A DNA stretch of 64,000 nucleotides, taken from contig NW_003314301.1 of assembly GCF_000143415.4 (NCBI RefSeq), forward strand, positions 1,418,981 to 1,482,980, in the 5' to 3' direction. This DNA is from Selaginella moellendorffii. Lineage: Eukaryota; Plantae; Lycopodiophyta. Positions 13,149 through 26,257 of this stretch are shown in pieces. The notes under the pieces were generated by a model that saw only the letters and a list, made by a program, of their open reading frames with translations, was not told the DNA's origin and made no database searches. Each line of letters starts with the position of its first letter. Positions within the stretch are counted from its first letter, which is position 1. The position numbers were made by a program, and so were the translations under genes.

Positions 13149-16085
13149 CTAAGCATCGAACATCTTGCCCATATCTTCGACATCTAACACCGACATCCGC
13201 AAAATGCAAAGTGAACATCCAAGGCTTAATCTCAAAGACCACATCTTTGGATATCCATATTGCATTTAACACTTTTCTTCAATCACCTTCAAGATCTAAT
13301 GTGAAGCCAAAACACTAACAAGAAAAGTGCAATGAAAAATCAAGCTTTAAAGAAAAACTCCTTGTCACTCGAAACAACAATACCACTTCCACTAACACAA
13401 GTGCTAGCAATATCAATACTTCAACTACACACCTTCTCCATTCAACAATTTACTCCAAATGCTAACAAATAAATCAACAAGTCATAGCAAATGAATATTA
13501 TAACCCTTTCCAACACTTCATGGGCAAACTCCCTAAGAAACAAGGTACCAACATAAGCTTAGCACAAAGGACCACTATTGAGAATCCAATCAAAGCTACT
13601 ATAATGCTACTTCGTGCAAGTAGACTAGCTTCACTATCAACCACTTTAGGGTTTATCATCGTTTAACCAAACAACTTCGTAAACACATTACTCATTATCA
13701 CATGGATATGATATCAGTATCACAATGACTTGATCATCAAATGAGCAACACTACAAGCAACACCTATGTCACTACTACAAAGGTTTATATGAGTATCAAG
13801 TGTCAATTCGATTCAACAAAATGCAACATAAATGCCACACTCCACCAATAGAGCTTACAACACCCAACACCACTAACTTTTGTTCACAACACGGACAAGC
13901 TCATGCCACTCCCTTTTTGACCAAACTCAAAACTAATCCAGCACCAAGTTATTTAAAGAGCAATAGCAAGGTTTCCCGGAAAAGAATTGAGCATTATAAC
14001 CCAAGTCTTCCAATAGCAAACCTAGATAAAATGGTATAACGCTTCACCACTATCCATCCTATAACTCACCATTTGTAAGACCATCATCTCCAACATGCAT
14101 CAAGGTAAGGACTCTTGATTGCATAATGTGAACATGAGTAATGAGTCACACCTCGTTGCAAATCATCTCTCCAAGAAAAGAAGATGATTTACGTGTTTGA
14201 TCCTTCATCCCTGACAACTCTCTTTTTTGTCTCATCTTCGACTAAACCTCAAGCTTGCTTTCACATTGCCTTTAGTCCAATCCAAGAAAAGTTTATGAGA
14301 GAGCACGGCAATGTCTACTTGAACCAATAGACTAATCCCTACAGTCTTAGTTGATCCACTTGTAATCATGCCTAGGAAGGATCTATTAATGCCGTGCTAA
14401 ACAGCTACAAACTAGCCTATTTGCCACTCATAACAAACCCAGGAAAAGTTTATTTTTCACCCATGGTACATGGAACATCTCACGGAACCACTGGAACAAC
14501 TCATTGAACCACTAATAAACTAACCTTAATCCTGCCAACTCAAAGTGTGACCTTGAGTTGCTAATGTGCCTCACTCACAAGCCCAAGTGCAAACTTGTGC
14601 TAAATGGAACAACTCAATCCCCTTATGAGCCCAAGAGTAAGCTCACATTATTACAATACAAAAAGGTAACCAAATCCATACCCAAGGAACCAATGTGAAG
14701 CCTTTGCACCTAAACTTATACCCACTCGGATCATCGTTTTCATCTCTGCGTATGCAACGAGACTAGTTGCCCAATCTCATTGGATAGTATTCGCTGAGAC
14801 TCATCTTCTGATACCAAATGTAACGCACGTGGTTTTGTCATCCTATGGTGATTTACTATAGGATAACACCACGAAGCAAAACCTAAACCCTCTTTATGCC
14901 ATGTGATCCATGCCACGTGTCCATGGGACAGTGGTGTGGAACCCGAGGTTCAGGGCCTTGGGCCATTGAACGAAGGAACGGTGACAAACTCCTAAGCATG
15001 GAGCCAAAGAGTGATGGAACCAAACCACGGAGCAATTCCCAAGCATACAACATAAGGAGCAAAGGGACAGGAGCCCGGAGCGATTTGGAACAATCCTAGA
15101 GCAACCAGCATCCCATTGCCAGAACCAGCACGCAAAATGGAGCCAAACGAAGTCTAGCACTATTTCGGCATACTGGTGGCCTAACGCAAGGACATGGGTA
15201 CTCCACCAGCTAGCATGGAATGGAACTTGGGCTTAGACTCAAGCCAGACACAGAACAAGGACAGACACAGAACAAGGACAGGCACACAAGCGGGAGCTAG
15301 ACTATGCCTTAAGTTGGTCGACCATACCCAACCTACCCACTATCCTTACTATACATTTGGAACCCCCCACAGCCCCTGTTAGGCGCCAACTTTGACTACA
15401 TGGTCAATGTCGGTCAAAGGGAGGCTCAAGGGTATATTAAGGCATGTTAGGGTAAGGGACTTAACCTACCCTAGGGCTCACAGTGGAGCAGCGGTGCAGT
15501 GAAGCTTTTGAGGTAGCTCGGGGGTGGTTGGGTGGTGAGGAACCTTAAGAGGTGGCGTAGCATAGTCTAGGGCAACTAGATCTTTGTCTTTTTGCGCTGG
15601 ATCATAACATTGGTATCAGAGGAGTTGGTTGCGATGGCCGACCAAGTTGAACGCTGGAATCCTATTGTTGATGGTAGTGCCGACAATGGTGTTGACGAAG
15701 CTGTGGAGATTTGGACCATTCAAGATGTGGTTCATGAGCTGCGAGCCCTTAACCGAAATCAGCAAGAGATGCAAGACAAGATGCATGGCATGATGGATAC
15801 CATGCGTGGGCGGGTTGAGGCACTCGAGGCTGGACAGGGTAGCGCTCCAAGTAAGCCTTCTTTGGTAGATCGACTCAAGATTCCAACCTTTTCCGGTGAT
15901 GGTGGTGTGGATGAGTGTCTCACTTGGCTAGCCAATGTGAAGAAGTTCTTGGCTGCTAGAGGAACTCCAGATGCAAAGGCTTTAGTGGCTATTCCGATGG
16001 TTCTGCTAGAGGAACTCCAGATGCAGAGGCTTTAGTGGCTATTCCGATGGTTTTGCGTGATGCGGGTCTTCAATGGTGGAATTGG

Positions 16086-16678
16086 TGTAAGCTCCTGAGT
16101 TTGGACTTCCCGGGAGGTCACCCAGCCCAGTACTATTCAAACCCAAGGACGCTTAACCCCAAATATCCCAAGACCCTTAACCATTTGGAAAAGGGGGTGC
16201 ACTCTTGTTCATGGGCCCTTTCCCTCTAGATTTGAACCCCATAGATCGTCTCTCGGGTCGTTCCCTTTGGTTGCTTACAATCCACCACGCTTCCCTGCAA
16301 GTTCACGCCCTCGTGAACGGAAGCTGAGAGCCGCAGCTCTCTCGAGAGCCCCGCTCTCTTGACACCCTACCCCTCGGGTCGAGCCCAGCGGGAGCAAACT
16401 GGACCAGCCAGATGTCAATCAACATGTGGTGCGATTCCCTTAGCCAACCAACAGAGTCGGACCCGAGACCACTCTGATACCAAATGTAAGCTCCTGAGTT
16501 TGGACTTCCCGGGAGGTCACCCAGCCCAGTACTATTCAAACCCAAGGACGCTTAACCCCAAATATCCCAAGACCCTTAACCATTTGGAAAAGGGGGTGCA
16601 CTCTTGTTCATGGGCCCTTTCCCTCTAGATTTGAACCCCATAGATCGTCTCTCGGGTCGTTCCCTTTGGTTGCTTACA
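16086..16678 (-). mobile_element. Cassandra-type TRIM, complete (593 bp; 194-bp LTRs 16086-16279 and 16485-16678)
   Basis: Perfect 5-bp TSD ATTGG (16081-16085 / 16679-16683). LTRs look identical. PBS ctctgatacca at 16472-16482. Each LTR contains a 5S rRNA-like domain. Confidence 0.95.
16103..16157 (-). ncRNA. 5S rRNA-derived domain (Pol III internal promoter region) inside the Cassandra LTR; also present in the other Cassandra LTRs
   Basis: The reverse complement gttaagcgtccttgggtttgaatagtactgggctgggtgacctcccgggaagtcc aligns without gaps to the 3' half of plant 5S rRNA (about 47/55 against the sequence as recalled). It is not a full 5S gene. Confidence 0.9.
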
Positions 16679-18893
16679 ATTGGCTTGAGGAGTCCCGTGT
16701 TGCGGATAAGAAACCACTAGTGTCTACCATGGATGAGTTTGAGGCTGCTTTCCGTTTACGTTTTGCCCCTCATTACGACGTGGAGAATGCTCGTACAGAA
16801 CTTCGCCATTTCCAGCAAGGGAAAATGACGCTTGGGGATTATATTGAGAAGCTTACTCGCTTGATTAGTCGTGTTCCAACGAAGGATCTAGATCAGAACA
16901 AGTCCTACTTTATTGATGGCCTACATAGTGAGAGCATGCGGCAGCACTTGCGTCATTCTCAGCCTATAAAGAGTTTGGAGGAGCTCTTTGATGCAGCTCG
17001 TTGACTTGACAATGATAAGCACAAGTCTCGTAAGCGTTCGCGGAGTCTTTCTGTCGAGAATCGTCGTGATGATCGCCGTGGACACAAGGATGGGAACAAG
17101 CATCACAAGTTGAAGTCGGTGGTGACTACTTCAGATGCAAAGGGGTCCAAGAAGCAGAAGTTCTTTGTGAAGAATTATAGACAGGGTTGTCATCATTGCG
17201 GCGAACTTGGACACTACAAGACTGATTGTCCGCAGTTGAAGACCAAGCAACAAGACAAGAAGAATGGCCAATCATCTTCTCACGGTAAGTCAGATACTAA
17301 AAAGTTGCAAACTTTGCAGCGTGAGGATGAGGAGAACGACCATTCCGGTCAGAGGAAGCGACTTTCGATCGTTGCTCGTCAACTCAACTGTGTGTGGAAC
17401 AAATTGAAGCTCGAGGATACGCGTGAATCAGCTTTAATGCTAGAGGGCGTGTTCCATGGCGATCCAGTGCGGATTTTACTGGATAGTGGGAGCGATGACA
17501 ACTTTGTTTCGGCAAAGTTTGTTGCGGAGCATCGCCTGAACACATGCGGAGTTCTTCCATATACAATGGAAGGTGCAGCTACCTCTACTCAGCATTTCGA
17601 TACTTGTGTCGAGGGGCTGGAAGTGTTGGTTGGCAAAACCACACTTGTGGAGACTTTTTATCTCGCGGATATCCATCGTGTGGATCTCATTCTTGGGATG
17701 TCATGGTTGGTGAAGGTGGATCCAGAGATAAAGTGGAGCATTAAGCGTATCTCGCTGGAGTATAGTGGTGTTAAAGATGTGTGGTTTGGCGAGGGCATTC
17801 AACCACCAGTTGTTATGCTCTCTGCTACATCTTTGAAGCGGGCTTGTCGTAATGGAAAAGCACTTTCAAGTTACTTGCTGTTTGTTCGTGATTTGGGGGA
17901 CCAAGGCACGTGTGGGGGAGAAGCAGTAGTACGGGATGTACTTGATGAGTTTTTTGATGTTTTTCCACATTTACTGGCGTCCATTCCGGTTAAGTTATGC
18001 GGAGGAGCAAGAAGTTCAACGAAAAGTCAAGGAGTTACTTGAGTTTAGATTTATTCAGCTAAGTAAGTCTCCGTTTGGTGCTCCAGTCTTGCTTGTGAAG
18101 AAAAAGGATGGTTCAATGCGGATGTGTATTGACTACCGTGCTTTAAACAAGAAGACAGTGAAGGACAAAATGCCGATGCCACATGTGGATGATATCCTGG
18201 ATAAGCTTAGTGAAGCACGAGTGTTTACCAAGATTGATCTGAGGAGTGGATATCATCAGATTGCAATGGATGATGCATCTATCTCCAAGACGGCATTCAA
18301 CACAAGCTTCGGACATTTTGAGTTTACATTTATGCCATTTGGTTTGACGAATGCACCGGCCACATTTACTCGGTTGATGACGGAGGTATTTGGGCGTTAT
18401 CTTCATGAGTTTGTGGAGATTTTCTTGGACGATATTCTTGTTTTTAGCAAGAATATGGAGGAGCATAGGGTGCATTTACGCAAGGTTCTTTTGTTACTTC
18501 AAGACAGCAAACTTTATGCGAAGAAGAGCAAATGTGAATTTGCAAAGTCGGAGGTGGAATATCTAGGCCATATTGTGACATCTAAGGGTGTCAAGACGGA
18601 TCCAAGGAAGGTGGCTGTGGTGGAAAATTGGCCTACACCGACTATAGTGGCCGAGTTGCGCAGTTTTCTTGGTATGGCTAGGTACTACCAACGTTTCCAG
18701 CATAAGTTTGCAGAGGTGGCTATTCCTTTGACACGGTTGTTACGCAAGAATGTGCCATTCGAGTGGAAGATGCCACAAGAGGAGAGTTTTGTGGCGCTGA
18801 AACGATTGTTGAGCGAGGCTTCAGTGCTTCGCATTGCTGATCCATCAAAACCTTACAAGGTGACATGCGATGCAAGTGGTTATGCACTGGGAG

Positions 18894-19228
18894 TGTAAGC
18901 AACCAAAGGGAACGACTTGAGAGACGATCCATGGGGTTCAAATATAGAGGGAAAGGGCCCATGAACAAGAGTGCACCCCCTTTTCCAATTGGTTAAGGGT
19001 CTTGGGATATTTGGGGTTAAGCGTCCTTGGGTTTGAATAGTACTGGGCTGGGTGACCTCCCGGGAAGTCCAAACTCAGGAGCTTACATTTGGTATCAGAG
19101 AGGTCTCGGGTCCGACTCTATTGGATGTTAGGGGAATCACACCACATGTTGATTGACATCTGGCTGGTCCAATTTGCTCCTGCTGGGCTCGACCCGAGGG
19201 GTAGGGTGTCCAAACTCAGGAGCTTACA
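18894..19228 (+). mobile_element. Cassandra-type TRIM, internally deleted (335 bp)
   Basis: TSD GGGAG (18889-18893 / 19229-19233). Full LTR 18894-19087, PBS 19090-19100, then a jump to the last ~20 nt of the 3' LTR. Removing it restores RNase H DASGYALGGVLMQ. Confidence 0.93.
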
Positions 19229-21803
19229 GGGAGGCGTTCTCATGCAAGAGGGACAGCCTATTGTATATGAGAGTCGAACTTTGAATTCCGCGGAGTAATG
19301 CTATTCCACATATGAGCAAGAGTTACTCTCTATTGTTCATGCTTTGCGGACGTGGCGGCACTATCTTTATGGTGCAGTGTTCATGGTGTTGACAGATCAC
19401 AAGCCACTTGTGTATCTTTTCACACAGAAGGAGTTGAACACTAGGCAAGCTCGTTGGATGGTCAAACTCATGGAGTTTGGGGAGTTTCCTATTGAGCATC
19501 GTCCGGGAAAATCAAATGTGGTGGCGGATGCTTTATCTCGTGTTCGTCATGTGATGACGTTACAAACACGATTTTGTCATCATTTGAGTAAGGTGGTCAG
19601 CGAGTTTGGGCAGTTGGTTGAGCATGCTCAGGCTCAGGATGCTGAGGTGGCCTCTTTGCGAGCCCAGATGGAAGCCCCTTTCTCATTGGTGGATGGGATT
19701 CTCTACTACAATGGCCGTGTATATTTGCTACGGGTGGATGCGTTAATTACTCAAGTTTTATTCCACTATCATGATCGTCCAGAGGCCGGTCATTTTGGGG
19801 GGAAGAAGACGTATGAGTTGATTAAGCGCAACTTTTATTGGAGGAATATGAAGGCTGATATCCTCAAGTATTGTAAATCATGCGAACTTTGTCAGTGGGT
19901 TAAGGTGCCACGGGAGAAGCTGGGGGGACTTTTGCAACCTTTACCTATTCCTCAGAGCCGTTGGTGTAGTATCTTTATGGACTTCATCACTTGTTTGCCA
20001 CGAACACAGAGGCAAAAGGAGCAAGTATGGGTCATAGTGGATTGGTTGACAAAGTATGTGCAGTTGTTGGCTCTTCGAAAGATTGTCACTGCCTTAGACT
20101 TGGCTGCGGTTTACTTGGAAAAGGTTTTTCCTGATTTTGGTTTGCCGGAGGACATCATTAGTGATCGAGATTCAAAGTTCATCAGTGGATTTTGGAAAAG
20201 CTTTGCAAAGGTTATGCAAGTGACTTTGAAACTCTCAAGTGGAGATCATCCTCAGACAAATGGGCAAACCGAGCATGTGAATCAGGTGGTGGAGGATATG
20301 CTACGTTGTAGTATTGGTCAAAGGCAAGAACAGTGGGACTTATATCTTCCGTTGGTGCAATTTACTTACAACAATAGCCAACACAGTGGAACCAAGCTAA
20401 GTCCTTACTTTGCAATGTTTGGAAGGCATCCTCGAATACCGGTGGAGTTGGGATTGCATTTGAGTAAGGACGTTCAAGAAAAGCTTGATTCCGAGGCAAC
20501 TGATCTAGCCACAAAACTTGATGAGATTCTGGTGGTGTGCAAACGGAATTTGCAAGCAGCTCAGGATAGAGCAGAGAAGTTTGCCAATGAGCATCGTCAA
20601 TTCTGGGAATATAAGGTGGGTGATCTCGTCTTTGTGCAAGTGATCTTTCCGTCAAGTGAGCGGCGGAACACCTTGGTGCCTTTGTGGACAGGGAAGAGTG
20701 ATAAACTTTCCCATCGATATGCTGGTCCATATGAAGTGCTGGAGCGCATTCGTAAAGCGGCTTATCGGGTGCGGCTGCCAGCTGGGGTGAAAATTCATTT
20801 GATATTTTATGTCAGCCAGTTGAAAGGTGTACTATCTCGGAGTGACGGGCCCAATGCCTCCTTGATGTATACGGCTGTGGAAGATGGACCAGGAGCTTGA
20901 GCAAGATTCCCCAGAAAGGGTGATCACCGGTACAACTTGTCCTTGGGACAAGGACTTTGTTGGGGGGGAAGAATTGTTAGGCGCCAGCTTTGACTACGTG
21001 GTCAACATCGGTCAAAGGGAGGCTCAAGGGTATATTAAGGCATGTTAGGGTAAGGGACTTAACCTACCCTAGGGCTCACAGTGGAGCGGCGGCGCAGTGG
21101 AGCTTTTGAGGTAGCTCAGGGGTGGTTGGGTGGTGAGGAACCTCAAGAGGTGGCGTAGCATAGTCTAGGGCAACTAGATCTTTGTCTTTTTGCGCCGGAT
21201 CATAACAGGCCCCCCCCCCCCCTTTGAGGAACACACACTTTGGGCTTTCACCCCAAGCCTCCCTTATTATCAGGAGTTAGTCTCTGGGACAAACTCGAAA
21301 CTTACTAATTATGGAATGGCGTTAGATTGTGAATTTGGACATGGGACGAACACCATTGTGTTCAGAAGAATCTTTACATTCCATAGATATCCCAAATGAG
21401 CAAATCTAGACACTTTCCATAAATAGTATTTGGGACCGAAATGAGACTAACATAAAAGGCATGATAGTGAGGGTGTTTGGTAGACACGGTAAACTATCAT
21501 GTAGCGATATTGAGGGACTAGTCTAAATATGTGAGGGTTCTTGTCAAGCCAGTGCAAGACAAAGCAAAAGAGAACTAAAAATCCATGCCAAGTATGCTTG
21601 GCTGAATAGACATTTAGGAGTTCTGTCCTTATGCTCATTCAGCCAAGTACAAATGCAAAGTTTAGTTTACTAACACTTGAACAAGAGGGGGCAGTAAAAG
21701 GAATCAACAATACCGACCTCCTGTCGTCGTGGTAGTAAGGAAAGAGTGTCTGTAAGGACTGGCCGACATGTAACTTTCGATACCCAAAGTCACATTCGCG
21801 ACA

Positions 21804-23288
21804 GGAAGCCAAACAAGTGTAATACAATGGGATTGAAAGTTTCGACTTGAAAAGTCAAGAGTGGGAGTGAAACTCCAAAGAAGGGCTCAAGGAATGAGCT
21901 CAAAGTAAGCAATAAATGAGTCTCTAGAAAAGGGACACAAGAGGACTAACACATGACACATGGAAGTATCGAGATGGACCTAAGATGGAGTCCAAGATGA
22001 AGTCCGAGATGGACCTGAAATTGAGTCCGATATGGAGTCCAAGTTGGACCCGAGATGGAGTCTAAGATGGACTTGAGATGGAGTCTGAGATGGACCTGAG
22101 ATGGAGTTCGAAATGGACCCTAGATGGAGTCCGAGATGAATCTGAGATGGAGTTCGAGATGGATCCGAGATGGAGTCTGAGATGGACCCGAGATGAACCT
22201 AAGATGGAGTCTGAGATGGAGCCGAGACCAAGACCGAGTTTGAGTCAAAATCGAGGTTGAAACCGAAACCAAAACTGAGTCCAAGTCTGAGTCCGAATAC
22301 TAATACAGGTTGTTAGGTGAAAGCCCAAAGCAATTGTCCTCTTGGGGGGGGGGGGGGGGTGGTTCTAAAAGTATAGTAGGGAAAGTGTGGGGGTTGGACC
22401 CCAGTATGACCCAAGAAGGCTATGCCCACGTGTTAGGTGAGGATATATCCACTGAGGAGTCCAAAGTTAAAGTGAATATAGATAGATAAGCGGGGTAACT
22501 TGGTGAAGTGTTCAAGAGCTGCCTTTAGCTCCCCAGAAGATCGAATGGTCGATGCTCCTAGTCCAAGTATGGGTGACACTACCTACTTGGATACTTGGTG
22601 TGGTTCAACAGAACCTTGCTCTAGCCCATGGCTAAAGCACCCAAAGATAGAAGATGGGAGAGTACCCATGAGGCTTGTGTAGGGCTATAGTGTTCCGAAA
22701 TGCTATCCCAAAGTCCCAGACTGTAGAAAGGAAAAGGAGCAATCCTCTAATATAGTGACTAAGAATATAGTAATATAGTGAGGAAGTTCTAGAGGACAGT
22801 GGGACTTAGTGGTCGGGCATGCAGGCCTTGATTCAGTGGCAATGTTGGCGAACTCGGCCATGGACAGAAAGGGATTTGGTGGGGACTGAAAAAGGGATAT
22901 TGGGGAAGGTTATTCCTCATATTCGCGAGCATCCTAAGGTTGCTAAAAAGTGGATCTAGAATGACCACTCATGGATAAATGGCCCAGTCTTTGAGAGATG
23001 GGACTATGATGTAAGTGGTGTTAGATCACTAGTGTGACAAAAGTGAATATGCATAACCTTAGTATAACAGGCTGGTATGTTAATAGTACCTTTAGGTGTC
23101 GCTCACGGGATCAAACATGTGGAGCACTTGGACCAAGTGCAATAGTTGAGTGGCATGAATGCCATTTTTGGGGCTAGTAAGTCCCCAAGTCCAAAATAAG
23201 ACTTATGGAGGTTGTGAGTAAGACTCCTCTAAGTGGTTAGAGGTGTAATTAAGTGATTAAAGTAGAATGGAAAATTTAGTCATTTACA
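21804..23288 (+). mobile_element. LTR family A copy 2, main part
   Basis: Colinear with ~1614-3076, including the minisatellite; ends aatttagtcatttaca. Confidence 0.8.
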
Positions 23289-23289
23289 A

Positions 23290-25001
23290 TCTAATTATTA
23301 AAGTAGAGTTTCAAATAAAAAAGTTTGTGGTAGGTTCAAGTGATGCAAGAACTTGGAATAGAAAAGTTTTTTCTGCAACAAAAAATGAGAAGGAGCCATG
23401 TGCATCCTTGGCAATAGCAAGCTCTTCAATAGCAGGCTCAAAAAAAAATGTAAATAGAAAAAGACATGTGAGTAGTGGATTTACTCATATGGAGAAATGC
23501 ATTTGATTTGAATACCATGATGAGTATAAATAGTTGTGTTAGAGTTTAAAAGCTACAAACACTTTAAAGGATGCATAAAAGCAATACAAATTCATATGTT
23601 TATGGCGGGTTGGAAGTAATGCTTATGAGAAGGCAATTCTAGAACATGGTGGTTTATTCATTTTCTACATTGAGGGACTTTAATTATTTTTTAGGTGAGT
23701 AAGTATTAGCATTGATCTTTTTTATTAATTCTCTTTCTATTGTAGATGAGTTTTGAAATAGTTACTGCCTAAATTCCAACAATAAATCTTATCAAAAGTT
23801 ACCATATGATGTTGCTAGCAAAAACAAGTGGCTCTAAACATGTATATATATCTAAAGCTTGTTAGAATGACTTGGCCATTTTTATCTTATAACAAACCTT
23901 TATGCACGTATATAAAAGGCTAGGTTATAGAAAATAAACCGAATCTTAAGGATTTGGTGTATTTGCTATAATATCAATACAACTTCTTAGTCAAAAGCCA
24001 ATAGAAGTGATAGGTTCAGCTTTAAATGATTTTGGAATTTGATTTGCAAAAAAACCAACTAGGATCCTTAAAATTATTAAAAAGAAGTAACAAACAAGTG
24101 AGCTGATATAATTGACAGAATTGCACCATTCTGAATATAAGTATATTACTAGAGAATGAAGAGGACTAGTGCTTCTGAGCAACCAAGAGTATAAGTGTTT
24201 TTAAGTTAAAGAATAAAAGATTCATAAGATTGAATGGGCTATATGTCAACTTGGAACAAGATATATAGTCAAGTGTCTTGCTTGGATTGAAGGTAAATTA
24301 TGTGGTAAACATATTACTATAGGAACTTTATGCACTTCAGCACCTTATTTTGGGGGATGATAACAATATGGTGATCCTCCACAACATTATGACTAGTTCA
24401 TGTGGTTCTGTCCAATAGAATTCTGCATGCATGGTTTGTTATAGCACAAACTATCCAAAAGCCAGAATATATATCATATATTTGGCTAATTGAAAAAGGG
24501 GTGAACTTGACGAATTTAGAGCTTCAGGCTTTGGTTGAAGTAGGCTTTAAATTTGAAAAAAATACTTTATAGCCACAACCACAAGCTCAATATCAACACT
24601 ATTTTCAAGAAATTTTGAAAATAAGAAATAACAAACATGTGAAGATTACAAATACTTAGTCAAAGGAATGAAAAGCAACATACTCAAAAACATTATAGTT
24701 GAAAGTGGAAGTTAAAAATGTCAACATCAAGCAGCAATATTGTCATCATAAGTATATAGTTTTTATTTATAGAATTAATACTATAAACAAGAAGGTTTAC
24801 AACATCACAATCAATCAATTCCCAAGTTGCACTTGCATAAACTTCTTTCAATATCAAAATTCTGGTAAGTTTTTCATCCCTTGCAAGTATATATATTTTA
24901 TATATTGTATATTTCTTGAGATGGATCTAAATGTTAAAGTTTGGATTCATTGCCCTACAATGTTTGAACATGAGGTGTTTATGACATTGAAAAAGAATTA
25001 G
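23290..25001 (+). pseudogene. Highly decayed Mutator-like transposase relic with C-terminal SWIM finger
   Basis: FPSCTCINFF...PCKYIYFIY...VWIH parallels FPSCTCPDF...PCKHMYYIF...IHIH at ~34600-34730. The upstream part has APYF and MWFCP-like remnants; AT-rich with many stops. Confidence 0.6.
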
Positions 25002-25624
25002 ATATTGGTATTTTATTCAAATTTAATATAAGATAAATAAGTTTTATTTATAAACTATATCTAAAATAACATATGGGATTTTATGTAATAATAATAAATA
25101 TAATATAAATATATATTATAAATTAGAGGATTCTTACTTAAATAATTAGTATAAATACTAATTATTAAATATTAAAAATAATAGTTTCTTTTATAAACTA
25201 GTTGATAAGGCAAAACCTCTATTAAATAGCAACTACTGGTAGTTTACCAAAATCTAAATATTATTAAATTTAATAAAAATATTACCATTAAAATCTTAAC
25301 AGAATATTCTTTAGTGTGCTAGAATATTTTTAAAATATTTTTGCTCCCTTAGGCTCCCTGTATTGGCAAATCCAGAGTTTCAGGATCTTTCTCATCACCA
25401 TTTTGCACTATGTTATTTGCAAGCTCGGCCTCATTCTCCAAGCTAACCGCTTATTTTTCTAAACTCCACCTCTTTTTCTTCCTTTCTTGCCTCACAGAAA
25501 GAAAAGGTGAAGACAACAAAGCACAAATCATATCCACGACTACTCCTGTTGGTAGTCAGTCACCGTTGTAATGGGCCCCCACTCTACAGACTGCATAACT
25601 CGAGCACAGCTCCTCCACTCCAGA

Positions 25625-26257
25625 ATGGCCTCGTCTCTCCAGGTTCTTCTCATCTTCTTTGCTCTTACAGTCACTCTCTCCAATTCAGCTGATCCAGATC
25701 CACTCCAAGACTACTGCCTTCCTACTCAAGCGCAGCAGCACCAGTGCAAGAGCTCGCCTTCACCCAGTGACTTCGTCTCCAGAGTCCTGGGAAACGCCCC
25801 CAATTCCCAGCCACCGCAGACCTCGAACGCCTCTCGACTGACCTCGGCAAACTTCCCAGCTCTCAACACCATGGGCCTCTCCATCGCCAGAGCTCACCTG
25901 GGAGTCGGAGGCTCGGCCCCGCTGCACTACCACCCCCGAGCATCCGAGCTCATCTACATTGCGGAAGGAGAGGTGGAGGCCGGGTTTGTGGACTCGAGCA
26001 ACGTCCTGTTCGCGCAGATCCTCCAGCCGGGAGACGTGATGATCCTTCCCAAAGGCATGCTCCACTACCTATACAATCCTGGCAGCAGCAGAGCCACATT
26101 GCTGGCCTTGTTCGATAGCCAGAGCCCCGGAATCGTCCCCGCTGGCCCCGGTGTGTTTGGCTCTGGGATTCGAGACGAAGTTATCGCGTCGTCCCTCGGG
26201 GGACTCGACCACGCCACGCTTGAAGCGGTGAAAGCTAAGTTTAAGCCTCGGCCGTGA
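25625..26257 (+). CDS. Germin-like protein (cupin), secreted, intronless, 210 aa
   Basis: Signal peptide MASSLQVLLIFFALTVTLSNSA, box A DPDPLQDYC, NFPALNTMG, germin box PLHYHPRASEL and GDVMILPKGMLH metal ligands; open frame with GC-rich codons. Confidence 0.95.
   Translation: MASSLQVLLIFFALTVTLSNSADPDPLQDYCLPTQAQQHQCKSSPSPSDFVSRVLGNAPNSQPPQTSNASRLTSANFPALNTMGLSIARAHLGVGGSAPLHYHPRASELIYIAEGEVEAGFVDSSNVLFAQILQPGDVMILPKGMLHYLYNPGSSRATLLALFDSQSPGIVPAGPGVFGSGIRDEVIASSLGGLDHATLEAVKAKFKPRP

Larger units (their letters stand above)
15634..20900 (+). pseudogene. gag-pol polyprotein (disrupted)
   Basis: Zn knuckle CHHCGELGHYKTDC; protease LLDSGS; RT with CIDYRALN, KIDLRSGYHQI, MPFGLTNAPATF and FLDDIL; RNase H DASGYALG; integrase HHCC, MDF, SDRD and GPY motifs. 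Broken by a 50-bp duplication, stops, a frameshift and two TRIM insertions. Confidence 0.95.
15377..21207 (+). mobile_element. Ty3/gypsy LTR retrotransposon, 233-bp LTRs (15377-15609, 20975-21207), PBS-Met at ~15611-15621, PPT ~20962-20973
   Basis: TG...CA LTR pair with 10 differences by eye, all transitions. Domain order is gag-PR-RT-RH-IN. Inserted into the C-run of LTR B with a near-TSD (gcccc / g-gcccc). Confidence 0.95.
9691..21803 (-). mobile_element. Family B unit 2 (inverted): 5' LTR 21803-14819 (interrupted by the gypsy element), PBS ~14807-14816, interior to ~9750, PPT, 3' LTR reduced to 9736-9691
   Basis: 9691-14818 is a diverged reverse complement of ~3528-8520. 14819-15376 plus 21208-21803 is the reverse complement of LTR 8477-9676. 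Confidence 0.8.

Noticed and set aside
16103-16157. Genuine 5S rRNA gene
   Set aside because: Only the 3' half is present, embedded in LTRs with PBS, PPT and TSD.
23150-23168. tggcatgaatgccat palindrome in LTR A resembling the Sola motif
   Set aside because: It lacks the 8-6-8 geometry and is inherited as part of LTR A.
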